A stretch of DNA of 64,000 nucleotides from Hellea sp. (GTDB lineage Bacteria > Pseudomonadota > Alphaproteobacteria > Caulobacterales > Maricaulaceae), in contig JAHDFA010000001.1 of assembly GCA_020628495.1 (NCBI GenBank), positions 7,405 through 71,404 on the forward strand. The letters run 5' to 3'. Every line of letters begins with the position of its first letter. Position 1 is the first letter of the stretch. Below the pieces are notes generated by a model, which was given only the letters and a program-made list of their open reading frames with translations, did not search any database and was not told the DNA's origin. Position numbers and translations under genes: made by a program. Below are positions 1-10,705 of this stretch, piece by piece.

Positions 1-2143
1 GGAATGTCAGTCCCTCCTCCGCGCGGAATGTTGTGATATCTGACAACCCGCCATCTTTAAACTTTTGCAAGCGAACACCTTTGCCCCGCGCCATGATGGG
101 AAGCTCTTCAACGTCAAATACGAGGATTTTACGGTTTTCTCCTATGGTGGCAATTTTATCGCCTTTGACTTCTATTACGCGCATGGCTTCGGCATTGCCT
201 TTCACATTCAGGGTTTTTCTTCCTCCGCGCGTGCTTGCGATAATATCCGCTTCGGATACGCGGAAACCATAGCCTTCCGTGCTGGCGACAATCAACTCGC
301 GCTCCGGATTGTGAACAAACATTCCAATCGGGCTGTGGTCGTTTTCCATATCTACGAGCAAACGTATCGGTTCGCCGTTACCGCGCCCACCCGGCAATTT
401 GTCCGCGCCAATTGTATAAAATTTACCATTCGTAGCAAAAATAATGATCTTGTCGGTTGTCTCTGCAGGAACCGCGAAGGCCAGCTTGTCCCCTTCCTTA
501 AACTTCAAGCCTGTGAAATCATCCATTTTACCTTTCATGGCACGAATCCAGCCTTTTTCAGACATGACGACGGTGATGGGTTCCTTCGTGATGAAGGCCG
601 TGGATAAATCAACATCAATGTCAGGCGTAACGTCAAAGGTCGTACGACGCGCGCCTAATTCCGTTTTAGGTCCGTAAATATCACGAACGTTTCGGACCTG
701 TTCTGCAATCGCTTCCCATTGCAAACTATCCGTGGAAACCAGCATGTTTAGTTCGTCCCGCTCAAGCGATAGCTTGTCATGCTCGCCTTTTATCTCAATT
801 TCCTGCAACTTATTTAGGGCGCGAAGACGCATATTAAGGATGGCATCCGCTTGCCGTTCCGTCAGGGAAAATGCCCGCATTAACTCCTGCTTGGGCTTGT
901 CCTCAAACCGGATAATTCGAATGACCTCATCCAGATTCAGGAAGGCAATCATATAGCCGTCCAGAACCTCCAGACGATCTGCGATCTTCGCCAGTCGCTG
1001 ATGAGAGCGGCGCAATAACACCTCGCGGCGATGGTCGAGCCAAGACTGGAGGACTGAACGCAAATTCATCACGCGCGGCGTGCGTGTCGCGTCCAGCACA
1101 TTCATGTTCAAACTGACGCGACTTTCCAGTTCCGAGATTTTGAACAGGCTTTCCATCAAAAGTGCCGGGTCGATATTCTTGCTACGCGGTTCCAGAACGA
1201 TACGAATATCCTCCGCGCTTTCATCCCTCACATCGACCAAGCCCGGAGATTTCTTTTGCTCGATAATTTCTGCCAATTTTTCAATCAAGCGAGATTTCTG
1301 AACCTGATATGGGATTTCCGTGATGATGATTTGGTATTGGCCGCGCCCTGTATCCTCGACGTTCCATCGCGCGCGAACCTTGAATCCGCCTTTGCCGGTC
1401 CGGTAAGTTTCAAGCATGGACTCTTTTGGCTCTACAATAATCCCGCCCGTTGGAAGATCCGGTCCCAGGACAAAATTCATCAAAGTCTCAACACGGGCAT
1501 TCGGCGTTTTGATAAGGTGAAGCGCAGCGTTGCAAAGCTCCGCCGCATTATGCGGCGGAATGGACGTGGCCATACCAACCGCAATGCCTTGGCTGCCATT
1601 GGCCAGAAGGTTCGGAAAACCAGCCGGCAGGACGAGGGGCTCTTCATCTTCCTCATTATAGGTCGCGATGAAGTCGACCGCATCTTCGTCCAAACCTTCG
1701 AGTAGCGCGACGCCTGCCGCCGTCATCTTGGCTTCGGTATAGCGCATGGCGGCCGGGCTATCCCCGTCAATATTGCCAAAATTCCCCTGCCCGTCGACGA
1801 GCGGATATCGCGCCGAGAAGGATTGGGAAAGCTTGACCAACGCGTCATAAATAGAGGCGTCCCCATGCGGATGATATTGCCCCATCACGTCACCGACAAT
1901 CCGCGCGCACTTCTTATGCGCATTCTCAGGATTTAGCTTGAGCTGGCGCATCGCATAAAGAATGCGGCGATGAACGGGTTTCAGGCCGTCACGCACATCC
2001 GGCAGTGCGCGCTGGGTAATTGTCGAAAGCGCATATGCGAGGTAGCGCGAGGAAAGCGCCGTATCGAAATGTTCCTCAATAACCGCGTTTTCAGGAACGC
2101 CGTTATCGCCGGATTTTGACTTCGTTTTTGGAGTTTTCGCCAT
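1..2143 (-). CDS. parC: DNA topoisomerase IV subunit A (3' end runs off the window)
   Basis: Hand translation from ATG at 2143: MAKTPKTK...[33 protein letters not shown]...[14 protein letters not shown]...[20 protein letters not shown]. ParC-type N-terminus, usual neighbour of recO. Absent from the ORF track because no stop falls inside the window. Confidence 0.95.
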   Translation of the reverse strand, partial: MAKTPKTKSKSGDNGVPENAVIEEHFDTALSSRYLAYALSTITQRALPDVRDGLKPVHRRILYAMRQLKLNPENAHKKCARIVGDVMGQYHPHGDASIYDALVKLSQSFSARYPLVDGQGNFGNIDGDSPAAMRYTEAKMTAAGVALLEGLDEDAVDFIATYNEEDEEPLVLPAGFPNLLANGSQGIAVGMATSIPPHNAAELCNAALHLIKTPNARVETLMNFVLGPDLPTGGIIVEPKESMLETYRTGKGGFKVRARWNVEDTGRGQYQIIITEIPYQVQKSRLIEKLAEIIEQKKSPGLVDVRDESAEDIRIVLEPRSKNIDPALLMESLFKISELESRVSLNMNVLDATRTPRVMNLRSVLQSWLDHRREVLLRRSHQRLAKIADRLEVLDGYMIAFLNLDEVIRIIRFEDKPKQELMRAFSLTERQADAILNMRLRALNKLQEIEIKGEHDKLSLERDELNMLVSTDSLQWEAIAEQVRNVRDIYGPKTELGARRTTFDVTPDIDVDLSTAFITKEPITVVMSEKGWIRAMKGKMDDFTGLKFKEGDKLAFAVPAETTDKIIIFATNGKFYTIGADKLPGGRGNGEPIRLLVDMENDHSPIGMFVHNPERELIVASTEGYGFRVSEADIIASTRGGRKTLNVKGNAEAMRVIEVKGDKIATIGENRKILVFDVEELPIMARGKGVRLQKFKDGGLSDITTFRAEEGLTF

Positions 2144-2218
2144 GAATTGCGCGGGCCTTTCGAATCACTTGAGATAAGCTACCAAATGCGAGCCTCGCGC
2201 GCGCCTCTAACTACAGCT

Positions 2219-2239
2219 TTATTGGGGACGGCTGGCGTG
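2219..2239. repeat. 21-bp direct repeat, copy 1 (duplicate of the recO 3' end)
   Basis: TTATTGGGGACGGCTGGCGTG, identical to 3049..3069; 23/24 match if extended by 3 nt. Confidence 0.95.
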
Positions 2240-2316
2240 TCCCGCCTCGCCCGTTGTTTTAAAATACCACATACAGTAGAGAAATTTACGTTTTCCTTTT
2301 TGAATGTGGATATGTC

Positions 2317-3039
2317 GTGAAAACAAGAATCTTTATGGTTTCAATCTGGACGCTCGCCCTTGCCTTATTCGGTTGCAGCAGTGACCCTGCTTCTGCCCCG
2401 ATTAAATCCGCACCATTAGTCACCGAAAACACCGCGATCGCCCAAAACAAGGAAGTTGGCCTTCTGCCTCCCGGATACACCCTGAAGACTGTCCCGGCTA
2501 AATATTCGAAAGCCACATTAGATGTCGTCGTCGTGCCTGCCACCGTTGAATACGAAACCATTCCGCCAAAATTCAAATGGGTAGATGGACATATCGAAGG
2601 TACATGGGCTGAAAATGTGCCGATTGTCCCGTGGAGCGAAACCTATTCAAAGACATATCTCTACCAAGCGCCCTCAATAGAGCTCGTGATGGAGCCAGCG
2701 CCTGATGATAAGGATCGAAGTTCAGCAACGCCCACACGAATAATAGAGCAGTCAATTCCGGCCATCTACAAATCCTATGATGTTAAAAGTTGGAAGACTG
2801 CCGGACCTGCTGTGACGAAAACGGTTCCCTTTGAACACAAGGAGGGGAAAACCCGGGTTCCCATTTCAAAGCCACAAGCAATAGAGAAAGTCGTCCCTGC
2901 TGTTCTTAAACAGGTCGAAACAATGACCTTGGCACACCCCCCAATTTATATCGTTTTCAATGAAAACGGCACGCCTTTACATGAATTTGGAACGATTGAG
3001 GAAGTTAGAACCTTTCTGAAGTCTCACATAACTCCTTAG
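2317..3039 (+). CDS. Hypothetical lipoprotein with imperfect (V/I)PA-x-Y repeats
   Basis: 240 aa; signal peptide ending in lipobox LFGC; recurring TVPAKY / VVPATV / SIPAIY / VVPAVL segments. Confidence 0.75.
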   Translation: MKTRIFMVSIWTLALALFGCSSDPASAPIKSAPLVTENTAIAQNKEVGLLPPGYTLKTVPAKYSKATLDVVVVPATVEYETIPPKFKWVDGHIEGTWAENVPIVPWSETYSKTYLYQAPSIELVMEPAPDDKDRSSATPTRIIEQSIPAIYKSYDVKSWKTAGPAVTKTVPFEHKEGKTRVPISKPQAIEKVVPAVLKQVETMTLAHPPIYIVFNENGTPLHEFGTIEEVRTFLKSHITP

Positions 3040-3048
3040 AGAAAACAC

Positions 3049-3069
3049 TTATTGGGGACGGCTGGCGTG
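3049..3069. repeat. 21-bp direct repeat, copy 2 (last 7 codons of recO, HASRPQ*)
   Basis: Identical to 2219..2239. Confidence 0.95.
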
Positions 3070-3789
3070 GCCGTTTGCAACCAGCCTGTCGATCATGGCC
3101 GCCCGCGCATCGGGTAGGGTCCGGTTGATTTCCCATTGCACCCGCGTTTCCAGAAAATATCCCGTCAGACGTAGGCCGCGCCAAATATCCTCGGGCGTGG
3201 CGGACGGTTGTCCGCGCATAAAGCCCGGCAATGATAACATCTTGTCTCCATAGGGCGCCGCAGCGGCAGTACAGACTGCACGGCCGGATCGCGGCGAGAC
3301 ATGCGTTAGATTATCCGTCACGCCCGTTGCTGCGCATTCGGTAAGGTCCAATCCATAGCCAAGCGCGGCGAGCAATCCTGCCTCCCACCGCACGTAGAGC
3401 GCGGGCCAAACCTCGGGACTATCCAGCTGCGAGACGACAATAGAGAAGACATCAAACAAGGCCGGATAGGCTTCGCGTTCAGGCAAGAGCTCCCGGGTCA
3501 TCACGCAGAGTGCATTCAGCCCTGACAGGCTAAGTCGCTCCTCCATCAATTCGGCGGCCCTGCTGTCAATGGCTTCTAAGGTATAATAACCGAGCTGGTC
3601 TTCTATACGACCTCGCCATTCTGCGCTGACATGGTTGCCGGGCTGCAAAACGGGACGCATACGCCGTCCTACACCGCCGCGAACTAGACCCGGATGGCGG
3701 CCCTTTTCGCGCGTGAAGATCTCAACAATGGCAGAGGTCTCGCCATGCTTACGCGTGTTGAGAATATATCCGTTCGCCGTCCAATCCAT
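3049..3789 (-). CDS. recO: DNA repair protein RecO
   Basis: MDWTANGYILNTRKHGETSAIVEIFTREKGR...LQPGNHV...LGYGLDLTECAATG...VSPRSGRAV; follows era. Start moved to ATG 3789. Confidence 0.95.
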   Translation of the reverse strand: MDWTANGYILNTRKHGETSAIVEIFTREKGRHPGLVRGGVGRRMRPVLQPGNHVSAEWRGRIEDQLGYYTLEAIDSRAAELMEERLSLSGLNALCVMTRELLPEREAYPALFDVFSIVVSQLDSPEVWPALYVRWEAGLLAALGYGLDLTECAATGVTDNLTHVSPRSGRAVCTAAAAPYGDKMLSLPGFMRGQPSATPEDIWRGLRLTGYFLETRVQWEINRTLPDARAAMIDRLVANGHASRPQ

Positions 3790-3793
3790 GAGA

Positions 3794-4747
3794 TCAGACG
3801 TCAAACTCCAAGCCCATGCCCGTATATCTGGCTTGGTCGTCTTTCCATTTTTCCCGCACTTTTACGAAGAGGAAAAGATGCACTTTTCGGCCCAGCCAAT
3901 TTTGCATTTCTTGTCGAGCAGACGCGCCAATGTCTTTAATCGTGCGGCCTTGTTTGCCTAACACGATTGGCTTTTGTGACGATCGGCGCACATAGATGAC
4001 TTGCTCTATCCGGACGTCGCCATTTTTCAATTCTTTCCATCCTTCTGTCTCGACCATGCTGGCATAGGGAAGTTCGTCATGCAGGCGGAGGAAGAGTTTC
4101 TCGCGCGTTATCTCCGCAGCCATGAGGCGCGACGGAATATCTGCAGCTTGATCAACAGGATAGAGTAGCGGGCCTTCGGGCATTGCCTCTGCTAATGCAG
4201 TAGAGAGTGTCTTGATACCCTCGCCATTTCTCGCGGATGTCATAAAAATTTCTGCATAAACATCCATCGCATTAAATTCCGCGATGAGTGGCAAGACTTT
4301 TTCATGCGGGATTTCATCGACCTTGTTGAGAACCAAGAGAGCCTTAGATCGGCGTTTTTTGAGGCCTATGGCTACAGCTTTCGTATCCTCGACGGATAAT
4401 CTATCCTGCGCACTCCCCTCACCGGCAGCCTGACGCAGCCAAGCGGGCGCATCCACCACATGGACCGTGAGATTGCTGTCATCTGCACCCGTCCAAGCGG
4501 CATGAACCATAGACTTCGCCAAACGGTCAGATTCATTAGGAGAAAATATTCCGGGTGTATCAACCAAGACAACTTGCGACGTTTGTCCATCGTCCGTTTC
4601 TAACATCGCAATCGCGCGAATCTGGAACCGTGTCGTCTGAACCTTATGCGTCACGATGGAGACCTTCTCTCCTACAATCGCATTTGTCAGTGTTGATTTC
4701 CCCGCATTGGGTGCCCCGACAATAGCTGCAAATCCTGCACGGCTCAT
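3794..4747 (-). CDS. era: GTPase Era
   Basis: GAPNAGKSTL, KVQTTR, DTPG, NKVD, KH domain VLGKQGRTIK; ATGA overlap with rnc. Confidence 0.97.
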   Translation of the reverse strand: MSRAGFAAIVGAPNAGKSTLTNAIVGEKVSIVTHKVQTTRFQIRAIAMLETDDGQTSQVVLVDTPGIFSPNESDRLAKSMVHAAWTGADDSNLTVHVVDAPAWLRQAAGEGSAQDRLSVEDTKAVAIGLKKRRSKALLVLNKVDEIPHEKVLPLIAEFNAMDVYAEIFMTSARNGEGIKTLSTALAEAMPEGPLLYPVDQAADIPSRLMAAEITREKLFLRLHDELPYASMVETEGWKELKNGDVRIEQVIYVRRSSQKPIVLGKQGRTIKDIGASARQEMQNWLGRKVHLFLFVKVREKWKDDQARYTGMGLEFDV

Positions 4748-5445
4748 AGAGGCCAACTTTCTAATAAATGTATAGCTGCGAAACGCTCTGCATCCCTTTT
4801 GGATTTACCCGTTCCCTTGGCAGCGCCGACTTTTCCCACATTAACTTGGACGACAAATAAGGGGCGGTGGTCCGGGCCGCTGCGCTCAACAACCTCGTAA
4901 ACGGGAAGTCCATGTTGCCCGGCCATTGCGCGTTCCTGTAATTCGGTTTTTGGATCTTTCGCCGATTTTTTGACGACCTCTTCCAAGATTGGAATCCAGT
5001 ATTGATCATAGAATTTTTTGGCTTCGGCATATCCACCATCAATGTAAATGGCGGCAATCAAGGCTTCACAAGCATCGCCAAGAATGGAGGTCTTCTCACG
5101 TCCGCCCTGACGGTCTTCAGCGGTAGACACCAAAAGCCCGTCGCCCAACCCGATTTTTCTGGCAATATTTGCGCAGGTTTCCTTGCGGACAAGCGCATTC
5201 AAACGCCGCGCCAACGTACCCTCCGTCTCTTTTGAATAGTGGTAAAGTGCATCCGCCGTCAGAAGGCCCAAAACTCTATCACCAAGAAATTCTAATCGCT
5301 CATTGTCCAGGGTAACCCGCTGTCCATCCCCATAAGAGCTGTGCGTCATGGCGCGTATCAGAAGTGATGCATCGGTAAAATTATACCCGATACGTGCTTC
5401 CAACGCGGTCAAGCGCGGATAGCGTCCACTTTCATCTTTGTTCAT
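4744..5445 (-). CDS. rnc: Ribonuclease III
   Basis: NERLEFLGDRVLGL signature and dsRBD DPKTELQE...GPDHRPLF. Confidence 0.97.
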   Translation of the reverse strand: MNKDESGRYPRLTALEARIGYNFTDASLLIRAMTHSSYGDGQRVTLDNERLEFLGDRVLGLLTADALYHYSKETEGTLARRLNALVRKETCANIARKIGLGDGLLVSTAEDRQGGREKTSILGDACEALIAAIYIDGGYAEAKKFYDQYWIPILEEVVKKSAKDPKTELQERAMAGQHGLPVYEVVERSGPDHRPLFVVQVNVGKVGAAKGTGKSKRDAERFAAIHLLESWPL

Positions 5446-6212
5446 TCTATATCCTTGAACCAACGGTCGCCGCGCAGGTTCAGCCATGTCCAGGGCTTGA
5501 ATAATTCGAAGTCGTCATTAACGGACAACAGCACAAGTTCTGCACGGCCGATTATATTTTCCTTTGGGACTATACCTGCCCCGCCTTTCGCAACTGTGAC
5601 GCGGCTGTCATAGGAATGATCGCGGTTATCACCCATCATAAAGTAATATCCCGCGGGGACGGTACGGATCTCGGTATTGTCCAATGGGCTGTTTTTTTGC
5701 GCATCTATAATTGTTTGTTGCCGGCCACTTGGAAGCGTTTCAGTCAGCACATCTGACGTTTCGATATTCCCGAAAGAGTTAGTGTAGTCATACGTTCCTG
5801 ACGTCTCGACGGGAACGCGCTCGCCATTCAGATATAACAGTCCCTGTCGCATCTGAATTTGATCGCCGGGCAAACCAATAACACGTTTGATAAAGTTCTT
5901 TGTATCTCCTTCCGGGCGGAAAACGATGACATCGCCACGCTTTAACTCGCGTTCAAACAATCGACCCTTACTGACCGGAAAAGGCAAGGGAGTGGCGGCG
6001 TGTTTGCCAAAGCCTACCGTGAATTTTGTCGTTATGATGTAATCACCTTTAACCAGACCCGGCACCATCGACCCTGAAGGAATATGGAACGGCTGAAAAA
6101 TGAAAGTCCGCAAAACAAAGGCAATCCCCAGAGCCCACAAGATGGTTGAAATCGTTTCGCCTATTCCGCCCTTTGATTTCTCGTCTTTTTCTTTTCTATC
6201 AGATTTTGTCAT
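5442..6212 (-). CDS. lepB: Signal peptidase I
   Basis: IPSGSM, FIKRVIGLPGD, GDNRDHSYDSR. Confidence 0.96.
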   Translation of the reverse strand: MTKSDRKEKDEKSKGGIGETISTILWALGIAFVLRTFIFQPFHIPSGSMVPGLVKGDYIITTKFTVGFGKHAATPLPFPVSKGRLFERELKRGDVIVFRPEGDTKNFIKRVIGLPGDQIQMRQGLLYLNGERVPVETSGTYDYTNSFGNIETSDVLTETLPSGRQQTIIDAQKNSPLDNTEIRTVPAGYYFMMGDNRDHSYDSRVTVAKGGAGIVPKENIIGRAELVLLSVNDDFELFKPWTWLNLRGDRWFKDIE

Positions 6213-6217
6213 TGGCT

Positions 6218-6622
6218 CTATGTAACGTCTGGAACGGCTTCGGCAATCGCAAATGCAGTTGCATAGGGATAATCATCTGACAGGGATATATGGATTTTGA
6301 GCTGATAGCCGGTGGGGCAATGCATGGCTGAGCGCAGTTTGGCATCATTTGTCAAAAATACGGACGGACGCCCTGAAGGTTCATTTTTGATTTCAACCGA
6401 GGTCCAGGATAAATGTCCCGTCTGCTCTCCCGCTAAGGCTTTTGCGATCGCCTCTTTGGCCGCAAAGCGTTTTGCGTAGCTCATGGCTGGCCGTGCTTTC
6501 CCTTCGCAATAGGCTTGCTCGTCTTCTGTGAAAGTCTTGTTCAAGAACCGCGATCCGAATTTATCGATGGATTGCTCAATCCTTCGAATATCGCAAATAT
6601 CTGTTCCTATGCCGACAATCAT
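6218..6622 (-). CDS. acpS: Holo-ACP synthase
   Basis: [31 protein letters not shown]; start reset to ATG 6622 overlapping the pdxJ stop. Confidence 0.95.
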   Translation of the reverse strand: MIVGIGTDICDIRRIEQSIDKFGSRFLNKTFTEDEQAYCEGKARPAMSYAKRFAAKEAIAKALAGEQTGHLSWTSVEIKNEPSGRPSVFLTNDAKLRSAMHCPTGYQLKIHISLSDDYPYATAFAIAEAVPDVT

Positions 6623-7374
6623 ATTTCGCGGGCGTCCGTTACTCTGTCGCGCATGATTTGAATAGCGCCCTCTAACCCCAGAAATATTGCCTCCCCAATA
6701 ATGAAATGGCCAATATTCAGCTCCATGCATTCGGAAATTGCGGCAACAGGGCCAACATTCTCAAAGGTCAACCCATGGCCGAAATGAACCTCTAGTCCTA
6801 GATTATGTGCCAGTTTTGCTCCCCGCACAAAACCCTGTAAGTAAAGGTCCGCTGCTTCTGTATTTCCGTCATCCAAGGCATGAGCGTAAGCGCCTGTATG
6901 AAATTCGACAACAGCGGCATCCGTACTGGCCGCTGCCCGGATTTGTGGTTCGACAGTTTCAATGAAAAGCGACACACGTGAGCCAGATTTAGTCAATTCC
7001 CGAACAATCGGCGCTATGTGGTTATAACCGCCTACTACATCTAATCCGCCTTCGGTTGTACGTTCCTCCCGCTTCTCCGGCACGATACAAACGGCCTTAG
7101 GTTTAATCTCTAACGCAATGGCTAGCATTTCCTCTGTTGCAGCCATTTCCATATTCAGAGGTATATTCTCGCTTTCGCATAGCTGTTGTAGGCGGACCAT
7201 ATCATCATCGCGAATGTGCCGACGATCCTCTCGTAAATGCGCCGTAATGCCATCCGCCCCCGCTCGTATGGCTGCATAGGCACCCGCCACAGGGTCAGGA
7301 TGCTCGCCGCCGCGTGCATTACGGACCGTCGCGATATGATCGATATTGACGCCTAAACGAGGTATTATTGTCAT
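6619..7374 (-). CDS. pdxJ: Pyridoxine 5'-phosphate synthase
   Basis: [34 protein letters not shown]. Confidence 0.97.
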   Translation of the reverse strand: MTIIPRLGVNIDHIATVRNARGGEHPDPVAGAYAAIRAGADGITAHLREDRRHIRDDDMVRLQQLCESENIPLNMEMAATEEMLAIALEIKPKAVCIVPEKREERTTEGGLDVVGGYNHIAPIVRELTKSGSRVSLFIETVEPQIRAAASTDAAVVEFHTGAYAHALDDGNTEAADLYLQGFVRGAKLAHNLGLEVHFGHGLTFENVGPVAAISECMELNIGHFIIGEAIFLGLEGAIQIMRDRVTDAREI

Positions 7375-7955
7375 GCGAGACCTCGACTCCCAGGCTTAAT
7401 CGCAGGCAAGTTTGCTAGCTCAGCCGGCAGCTCAGCCGGGTCGAAATCGGGGAAACGTTTTGCGGCCAAGCTGACGAGCGGCACTCCGATATCGGCATCC
7501 CCGTTAGACCGATCAAAAATGCACGCGCCCGCTATAATTTCTGCACCTGTTTCTCGGGTAATCGCACTGATGCATTCGCGCGAAGACAACCCTGTTGTAA
7601 CGATGTCTTCCACCATCAAAACCTTGCTGCCCGGCTCAATTGTAAAACCGCGGCGTAAGCTAAAAACACCGTCCACACGCTCAACAAAAAGGGATTCAAT
7701 TCCCATATGACGTGCCGTCTCATATCCTGGAATAACGCCGCCCATGGCGGGTGCAATAATAACGTCCGGTTTTATCCCTGCTGCTTTAACTTTCTCAGCC
7801 AAAGCTTTGCAGACAATTTCTGTCAGTCGCGGATTTTTAAAGATGAGCGCCTTTTGCAGAAATACAGGACTGCGGCGTCCGGAAGATAGAATAAAATGTC
7901 CCTCCAGCAACGCACCGGCTTCGCGGAAGATATCCAGAACGTCATCAGTGTTCAT
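7371..7955 (-). CDS. pyrE: Orotate phosphoribosyltransferase
   Basis: [25 protein letters not shown] motif, IKPGSR end. Confidence 0.96.
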   Translation of the reverse strand: MNTDDVLDIFREAGALLEGHFILSSGRRSPVFLQKALIFKNPRLTEIVCKALAEKVKAAGIKPDVIIAPAMGGVIPGYETARHMGIESLFVERVDGVFSLRRGFTIEPGSKVLMVEDIVTTGLSSRECISAITRETGAEIIAGACIFDRSNGDADIGVPLVSLAAKRFPDFDPAELPAELANLPAIKPGSRGLA

Positions 7956-7958
7956 GAT

Positions 7959-10196
7959 TTAGGCTTTCAAATGGCTGGGCAGCGCGCGGCTGCGATTGAC
8001 TTTAACCACAAAGGCGGAGGCCCTTAGCGCGGCAATGATGGACATGATATGCCGGGTGTCACGGACCTCTATATCAATAATCATATCGAAAAATGTCGGG
8101 CTGCGCCTTACAGTTTTTATGTTCGTTAAATTGCCTTGCGACTCACCAATGATTTTAGTGACGTCCGCCAAAGCCCCCGGCACATGCTGAACGGTCGTGA
8201 TAATTCGGCCGGTGGACGCAGCTTGTTCAGCCGCACGACGCCAGGCTAGATCAATCCAATCTTCAAACTGATCTTCTTTGGCTGCCAATTCATCGCAATC
8301 AATAGTATGAATCATTATGCCGCGACCTGCATCTTGAAAGCCGATAATACGGTCTCCCGGAATGGGCGAACAGCAAGGTGCGAGGTTCAATCCTTGCCCC
8401 GGGTTTAAACCGTCACCTTTCACATAAATTCCAACGCTTTCATCGTCGATTAGATCTAAATTCTGAACCCCACCTTGGCTTTTTGCATCGCCGCGGCCCG
8501 GAAAAACGGCTTCGACAAAATTATTCATAGATAAATTACCGCGCCCCAAGGTCTCGAACAGGGTCGTCTCGTCAGATATTTTCAACCGCTTCAACGCGTC
8601 AGTCAAAATTGCGGAATCCAGATCCTTACCTTCACGCTTAAAAGCATGAAGTGCGAGCGTTTCTCCGATACGGCGGAAGTCTTCTGACTCGCTTTCGCGT
8701 GTCAACCTACGCAAGGCCTGTCTGGCGCGGCCCGTTGTTGCAAAGCTCTCCCAACCGGAAGGCGGTTCGTCCGTGCCGCCGCGGACGATTTTAACGACAT
8801 CCCCATTCTCCAATTGCGTTCTCAAGGGAACGTCGCGGCCATTTACGATGGCACCGATACATGTGTCTCCAACTTTTGTGTGAACGGCATAGGCAAAATC
8901 GATTGGCGATGCACCGCGCGGAAGCGCAATAAGGTCGCCTTTTGGCGTGAAGGTGAAAACCTGATCGGTGAACATTTCCAGTTTCACATTGTCCAGAAAC
9001 TCGTCTGCATCTCCGCTTTGCTCCATCATTTCAATAAGTGGACGAATACGTCTCAGAGGGTCTCCGCCCGATGCCTGCGCGCTGGCCGGGTCATAAGCAT
9101 AATTTTCATTTTTATAGGCCCAATGCGCCGCAACCCCCCGATTGGCAACATCTTCCATACGCTCTGTTCTGATCTGAATTTCGACACGGCGATTTTCTTC
9201 CGTCCTAATGGTCGTATGAAGCGACTGATAACCATTGGGCTTTGGCACGGAGATAAAATCCCGAAAACGCGACGGCACGGCCCGAAAAGCCTCATGCAAT
9301 ACACCAAGCGTTTCATAACATTGCGCGCGAGTCTCAACTATAATCCTGAAAGCATATAGGTCAGCAACATCATCAAAGCTGATATTTTGGCGCTGTAATT
9401 TGCGCCATATGCCATAGGCCTGTTTCTCTCGCCCGTAGACGCGAACATCCAGACCGGCCTCGTTAAGCGTATTTTTCAGCGCAGTGAAAACTTCGCTGAT
9501 TGCTTCACCTTGAGAGGTTCTCCACTCTTCCAAGCGCTTTACAATGCTCTCATAGGCGGCAGGGTTGATATGGCGGAAAGACAGGTCTTCCAACTCCGAA
9601 CAAACTTTATCGATGCCTACCCTTCGGGCGAGAGGCGCGAAAATTTCCAAAGTTTCCCGCGCAATGCGTTCCCGCGATGATTGCTTGGGATGATATTGTA
9701 ATGTCCGCATATTGTGCAGGCGATCACACAATTTGACGAGAAGCACTCGTACATCCTTGGAGACTGCCAGGATGAATTTCTGAAAATTTTCTGCTTGCGC
9801 TCTTTCTCTCGAGAGGTTGGGTCGAGACATTTCGACTTGACCCAGTTTCGTAACGCCGTTCACCAGTTCTGCGATTTCGGGCGTAAATTCGTCAGAAAGA
9901 TCCTGAACCGTTGCGTCCGTATCTTCCAATACGTCGTGTAGCAAAGCCGTACAGACCGTTGCAATATCGAGATGTAGCGAAGCAACAATCCCCGCAACTT
10001 CTATTGGATGCGCATAGTAAGGATCACCTGAATGCCGGAGCTGTTTGCCATGCGCCTGTACAGAGTAGACATAAGCCTTGTTTAACAAGGCTTCATTTGC
10101 GGACGGATCATATTTTTTGACGAGGTCGACAAGCTCATATTGACGCAGAAATTTCTGCGAGCTTTTTGGGGCGGCAATGTTCACTGGCTTGTTCAC
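7959..10196 (-). CDS. spoT: Bifunctional (p)ppGpp synthetase/hydrolase
   Basis: HD motif LLHDVLEDT, PKPNGYQSLH, EIQIRT, TGS (FTPKGD), C-terminal ACT domain. Confidence 0.96.
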   Translation of the reverse strand: MNKPVNIAAPKSSQKFLRQYELVDLVKKYDPSANEALLNKAYVYSVQAHGKQLRHSGDPYYAHPIEVAGIVASLHLDIATVCTALLHDVLEDTDATVQDLSDEFTPEIAELVNGVTKLGQVEMSRPNLSRERAQAENFQKFILAVSKDVRVLLVKLCDRLHNMRTLQYHPKQSSRERIARETLEIFAPLARRVGIDKVCSELEDLSFRHINPAAYESIVKRLEEWRTSQGEAISEVFTALKNTLNEAGLDVRVYGREKQAYGIWRKLQRQNISFDDVADLYAFRIIVETRAQCYETLGVLHEAFRAVPSRFRDFISVPKPNGYQSLHTTIRTEENRRVEIQIRTERMEDVANRGVAAHWAYKNENYAYDPASAQASGGDPLRRIRPLIEMMEQSGDADEFLDNVKLEMFTDQVFTFTPKGDLIALPRGASPIDFAYAVHTKVGDTCIGAIVNGRDVPLRTQLENGDVVKIVRGGTDEPPSGWESFATTGRARQALRRLTRESESEDFRRIGETLALHAFKREGKDLDSAILTDALKRLKISDETTLFETLGRGNLSMNNFVEAVFPGRGDAKSQGGVQNLDLIDDESVGIYVKGDGLNPGQGLNLAPCCSPIPGDRIIGFQDAGRGIMIHTIDCDELAAKEDQFEDWIDLAWRRAAEQAASTGRIITTVQHVPGALADVTKIIGESQGNLTNIKTVRRSPTFFDMIIDIEVRDTRHIMSIIAALRASAFVVKVNRSRALPSHLKA

Positions 10197-10235
10197 GAAC
10201 GATCCATATAAGCTGAAATTACACCTTCAGCCAAT

Positions 10236-10263
10236 AAAAAAGCCGCCCCAGAGGACGGCTTTC
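10236..10263 (-). terminator. Intrinsic terminator between rpoZ and spoT
   Basis: Minus strand AAAGCCGTCC-TCTG-GGGCGGCTTT followed by further T residues. Confidence 0.75.
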
Positions 10264-10283
10264 TCAGCAATTCATAAAACGGA

Positions 10284-10658
10284 CTAAAACCGTGAAGAGC
10301 TGTCATTGTCGCGGTCGCCTTGCAAAGCCCGCAGAACGTCAGCTTCGGACATTTCAGCTTGTGGCTGTGCGTCGCCATGCTCAAGCGCCAATATCGGGGC
10401 ATCTTCCTGCTCATCAGGCAAGTCATCATCTTGGATAACGCGTTGCAGCCCTACAACGAGGGATTCCCGTAGATCATTGAGATCTAATGTTTCATCAGCC
10501 AATTCCCGTAACGCTACGACGGGAGTCTTGTCATTGTCTCGATCGACCGTAAGCTCAGACCCTGCCGCAATATTACGCGACCGATGAGATGCAAGCAGTA
10601 CGAGATCGAAACGATTAGGGACTTTTTCGACGCAATCTTCAACAGTAACGCGGGCCAT
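10284..10658 (-). CDS. rpoZ: RNA polymerase omega subunit
   Basis: [26 protein letters not shown]...[12 protein letters not shown]. Confidence 0.97.
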   Translation of the reverse strand: MARVTVEDCVEKVPNRFDLVLLASHRSRNIAAGSELTVDRDNDKTPVVALRELADETLDLNDLRESLVVGLQRVIQDDDLPDEQEDAPILALEHGDAQPQAEMSEADVLRALQGDRDNDSSSRF

Positions 10659-10705
10659 GTGAACTCCAATACAAAAAGGCCGCTTTGAAACGGCCTGAAT
10701 TTCGA

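Noticed and set aside
33-1705. Several short plus-strand ORFs in the track
   Set aside because: They are antisense shadows of parC, which the track missed because it has no stop inside the window.
1856-1858. Ala at the ParC position equivalent to E. coli Ser80 (quinolone-resistance region)
   Set aside because: This residue is commonly non-Ser in alphaproteobacterial ParC; not evidence of acquired resistance.
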